Made by a program: the position numbers and the translations under genes. From Blastocladiella emersonii ATCC 22665 (lineage: Eukaryota > Fungi > Blastocladiomycota), in assembly GCA_025594325.1 (NCBI GenBank), contig JANHCV010000014.1, positions 1,178,001-1,242,000 of the forward strand: 64,000 nucleotides of DNA, in the 5' to 3' direction. This document shows positions 60,401 to 64,000 of this stretch, in pieces (the first letter of the stretch is position 1; every line of letters starts with the position of its first letter). Under the pieces are notes generated by a model that searched no databases, was not told the origin of the DNA, and saw only the letters and a list, made by a program, of their open reading frames with translations.

Positions 60401-63400
60401 GTGGCTTGTTTAGTATATTCCCATGTTCAGATATTTTGTTGAGTCGATATTACGATTTATGGGTCCCCAACGAGGTGGACATGCAGGAAGTCAACAACTT
60501 GAATATGGTTTTGTTTGGGTACTATGACAATTACGTACGTGGCTGGGTTACTATATTCCCATGGTCAGATATTTTGGTGGTTCGATACTGTGATTTATGG
60601 GTTCCTGGCTAGCTGGTCATGCGGGTGGTCAAGGATTTGAATATGGTTTTGTTTGAGTACCATGAGAATCATGTACGTGGCTGGTTTGGTACATCCCAAA
60701 CATCGGCTAATTTGTTTCGTGCATGTTGCGATTTGTGGGGGGTCGGATTGGGCCGGACGTTGGCTGCAGCAAGGTCCCTCGGTCAAAATTCGACACAGTT
60801 GCTCCCCCTCCCTCTCTGTCATGCAGATAGTGGGTGGTGGCCGACCCATCCTGACCGCGCGCGGCCCGTATGAAGGTCCGCATCCACCCATCCATCCATC
60901 CATCCATTCATTCAACACTCACTCCATCACGCACCTTTTCACTTGTGTTGTTTGCCAGCCAGCTAGACAGCTAGCCAGGTAGCCAGGTAGCCAGATCCTG
61001 CTGCTGCTACCTACCTACCCTGCCTCCAACAACGCCCGCCGCGTCATGAGCCAGGCAGGGCCGTGCCGCGACAAATGGCCGCGGCAGGCGTGTACGGTAA
61101 TTGTACCTGTACCATACTTTCCATGGCCGCCCCGCCACCCTGACTTGGTCCTTGTATGTCACTTGGTCACCTTGGTCACCTTAGTCACTTGGTCACTTGG
61201 TCACTTGGTCACTTGGTCACTTGGTCACTTGGTCACTTTGCGCGTGTGATGGTGGACGAGTGAGTCCAGGCATGCACGCACAAAAGCCCGCACGCCCACG
61301 TGTACTCCTGCCAGGAGCGCCTGGTGTGGGTCATTCACCCACCATTCAGTTAGTAGTCCCTAGCACTCCTTGGCCTTGGTACTGTCTCCTGCAGGAGGAG
61401 CCCTGCCGCGTTAGCCCTCTGCAGCCCTCTGCAGCACTCTGCAGCACTCTGTCGCCGTACGGCCGCTGCCCTGTTTGCAACGTACGTTGGCCAGGGCGAG
61501 GCAGGTGCTGTGTTGTTGCTTGCCACTTGGCTGCCACCAAGTGCAGGCGCACCCATCGCAAAGCGTTCTGATGGACCCCGCGGCCATGAAAGCATGGGGC
61601 AGCACTGGACATGAATGAATCAAGCAATTGATGGCACTCGGAGGGCAGGCAGGCGCACCCGTTGGCGCAAGCAGACCTGGAGGATGGATCATTCTTGAGT
61701 TCAGGAAGCCTTGCCTGCCCGCCGTTCATGCGAGCGTGTGTGTGACACCAGCGTGGCCGTTTGCGCCGTGTGCGCAGCGCGTGGTGCGTCGGGCGCTGTG
61801 CGGTGTGCGCGGTGCGCGGTGCGCGGTGTGCATCCGTCAGCGGGTGAGTGGTTTCACGCCGAGGGAGAGCGGAGCTGCTCGTAACCCTCCCTGGCCCATC
61901 ATCACGCAGGACTTGGAGCTGACAGCAGAGCCGGCAGCAAGGAGGAGACCAGCCGTATATTGCCTGACGAACACCTCTCAGACCACCTACGAGATAGATA
62001 AGAGCAACTGACTGGGAGCTGGCAGGCTGGCAGTCTGCCAGGCTGCCAGGGCTCATCATTCATTCCTTTGTTTGCAGGGACGGCAACCAGAGTGTGCGGG
62101 CCCACCATGGCTTGAGATGCGGCGTGGGTGGTTGGTTGGCTGGTTGGCTGGTTGGCTGGTTGGCTGGTTGGCTGGTTGGCTGGCAGGTTGGCTGGTTGGC
62201 TGGCAGGTTGGCAGGTCTGGCAGGTTGTCTTTTGGCTCGTTGATTGGACCGTTCGCTTTGCCGACGGGTTCAATAATTGGAGGAGGATCGAAGAGTTGGA
62301 TAGTGGAGTGTGCGCAAAGTGGTAGATTTGGACATCTGCCGGTCTGGGTGCTTGCCCACCTGGACGTGAGGGTATTCGAAGGTCTGAAGATGGTTTGTTT
62401 GAGTACCATGACAATAATCAGCGTGGCGAGTTTGATACAACCGGAACATCAGATACTATGTTGTTGGTTCGATACTGTGATTTATAGGTCCTTGCCCACC
62501 AGATCATGGGGGGTGTGCGAAGATTTGAATATGGTTTTGTTTTGGTACTATGACGATTACCTACGTGGCTGGTTTACTATATTCCCATGGTCAGATAATT
62601 TGTTACGTCGATATTACGATTTATTGGTCCCCAACCAGCTGGACATGCAGGAAGTCAAAGACTTGAACATGGTTTTGTTTGAGTGCTCTGACAATTATCT
62701 GCGTGGCTTGTTTATTATATTCCCATGTTCAGATATTTTGTTGAGTCGATATTACGATTTATGGGTGCCTGGCTAGCTGGTCATGCGGGTGGTCAAGGAT
62801 TTGAATATGGTTTTGTTTGAGTACCATGACAATTGTCGGAGTGGCTCGTTTACAATATTGCTCTGCCCAGATTCATGGTTGCTTCGATACTGTAATTTAT
62901 AGGAGCCAGGCTAGCTGGACATGCGGGAAGTCAAAGATGTGAGTACGGTTTTGTTTGAGTTCTCTGACAATTATCTGCGTGGCTTGTTTAGTATATTCCC
63001 ATGTTCAGATATTTTGTTGAGTCGATATTACGATTTATGGGTCCCCAACGAGGTGGACATGCAGGAAGTCAACAACTTGAATATGGTTTTGTTTGGGTAC
63101 TATGACAATTACGTACGTGGCTGGGTTACTATATTCCCATGGTCAGATATTTTGGTGGTTCGATACTGTGATTTATGGGTTCCTGGCTAGCTGGTCATGC
63201 GGGTGGTCAAGGATTTGAATATGGTTTTGTTTGAGTACCATGAGAATCATGTACGTGGCTGGTTTGGTACATCCCAAACATCGGCTAATTTGTTTCGTGC
63301 ATGTTGCGATTTGTGGGGGGTCGGATTGGGCCGGACGTTGGCTGCAGCAAGGTCCCTCGGTCAAAATTCGACACAGTTGCTCCCCCTCCCTCTCTGTCAT

Positions 63401-64000
63401 GCAGATAGTGGGTGGTGGCCGACCCATCCTGACCGCGCGCGGCCCGTATGAAGGTCCGCATCCACCCATCCATCCATCCATCCATTCATTCAACACTCAC
63501 TCCATCACGCACCTTTTCACTTGTGTTGTTTGCCAGCCAGCTAGACAGCTAGCCAGGTAGCCAGGTAGCCAGATCCTGCTGCTGCTACCTACCTACCCTG
63601 CCTCCAACAACGCCCGCCGCGTCATGAGCCAGGCAGGGCCGTGCCGCGACAAATGGCCGCGGCAGGCGTGTACGGTAATTGTACCTGTACCATACTTTCC
63701 ATGGCCGCCCCGCCACCCTGACTTGGTCCTTGTATGTCACTTGGTCACCTTGGTCACCTTGGTCACTTGGTCACTTGGTCACTTGGTCACTTGGTCACTT
63801 TGCGCGTGTGATGGTGGACGAGTGAGTCCAGGCATGCACGCACAAAAGCCCGCACGCCCACGTGTACTCCTGCCAGGAGCGCCTGGTGTGGGTCATTCAC
63901 CCACCATTCAGTTAGTAGTCCCTAGCACTCCTTGGCCTTGGTACTGTCTCCTGCAGGAGGAGCCCTGCCGCGTTAGCCCTCTGCAGCCCTCTGCAGCACT

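Larger units (their letters stand above)
46350..64000. repeat. Tandem macrosatellite / higher-order repeat, unit about 2562 bp (2546-2578), about 6.9 copies, running off the window end
   Basis: Identical ORF sets recur with starts at 47533, 50079, 52641, 55203, 57765, 60343 and 62921. Only a few SNPs and 16-bp microsatellite indels separate units. Identity to the next unit begins at gtgtgtgac near 46350. Confidence 0.98.

Overview
Eukaryotic, GC-rich, intron-containing genomic DNA (GTACG/GTAAG donors, CTRAC branch sites). ERG1, an HR1-containing Rictor and the ciliary genes meckelin/TMEM67 and RABL2 point to a flagellated (zoosporic) fungus, possibly Blastocladiomycota-like (inference). Three zones are visible. 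(1) 1-36 kb is gene-dense: meckelin, a kelch-like membrane protein, a secreted GH16-like/PLC-like fusion with an in-frame TGA, a decayed protease-like gene, a Fic protein, a BRD7/9-like bromodomain protein, ERG1, a cytochrome b5-fused front-end desaturase, RABL2, Rictor, Nup107 and orphans. (2) 36.5-46.3 kb is a non-LTR retrotransposon pile-up. One 5'-truncated LINE with a 16-bp TSD splits an LRR gene. A second 5'-truncated LINE has an intact RT-RNase H-zinc finger ORF, poly(A) and a 17-18-bp TSD. A 108-bp structured block spanning its stop codon recurs inverted about 440 bp away at about 92% identity between unrelated flanks. (3) From about 46.35 kb to the window end lies a nearly homogeneous tandem array of ~2.56-kb units, each with seven AT-rich 138-bp monomers plus microsatellites; this is a higher-order repeat and a candidate centromere or subtelomere. 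No rRNA, tRNA or CRISPR array was found. All assignments come from manual motif reading, not database searches.
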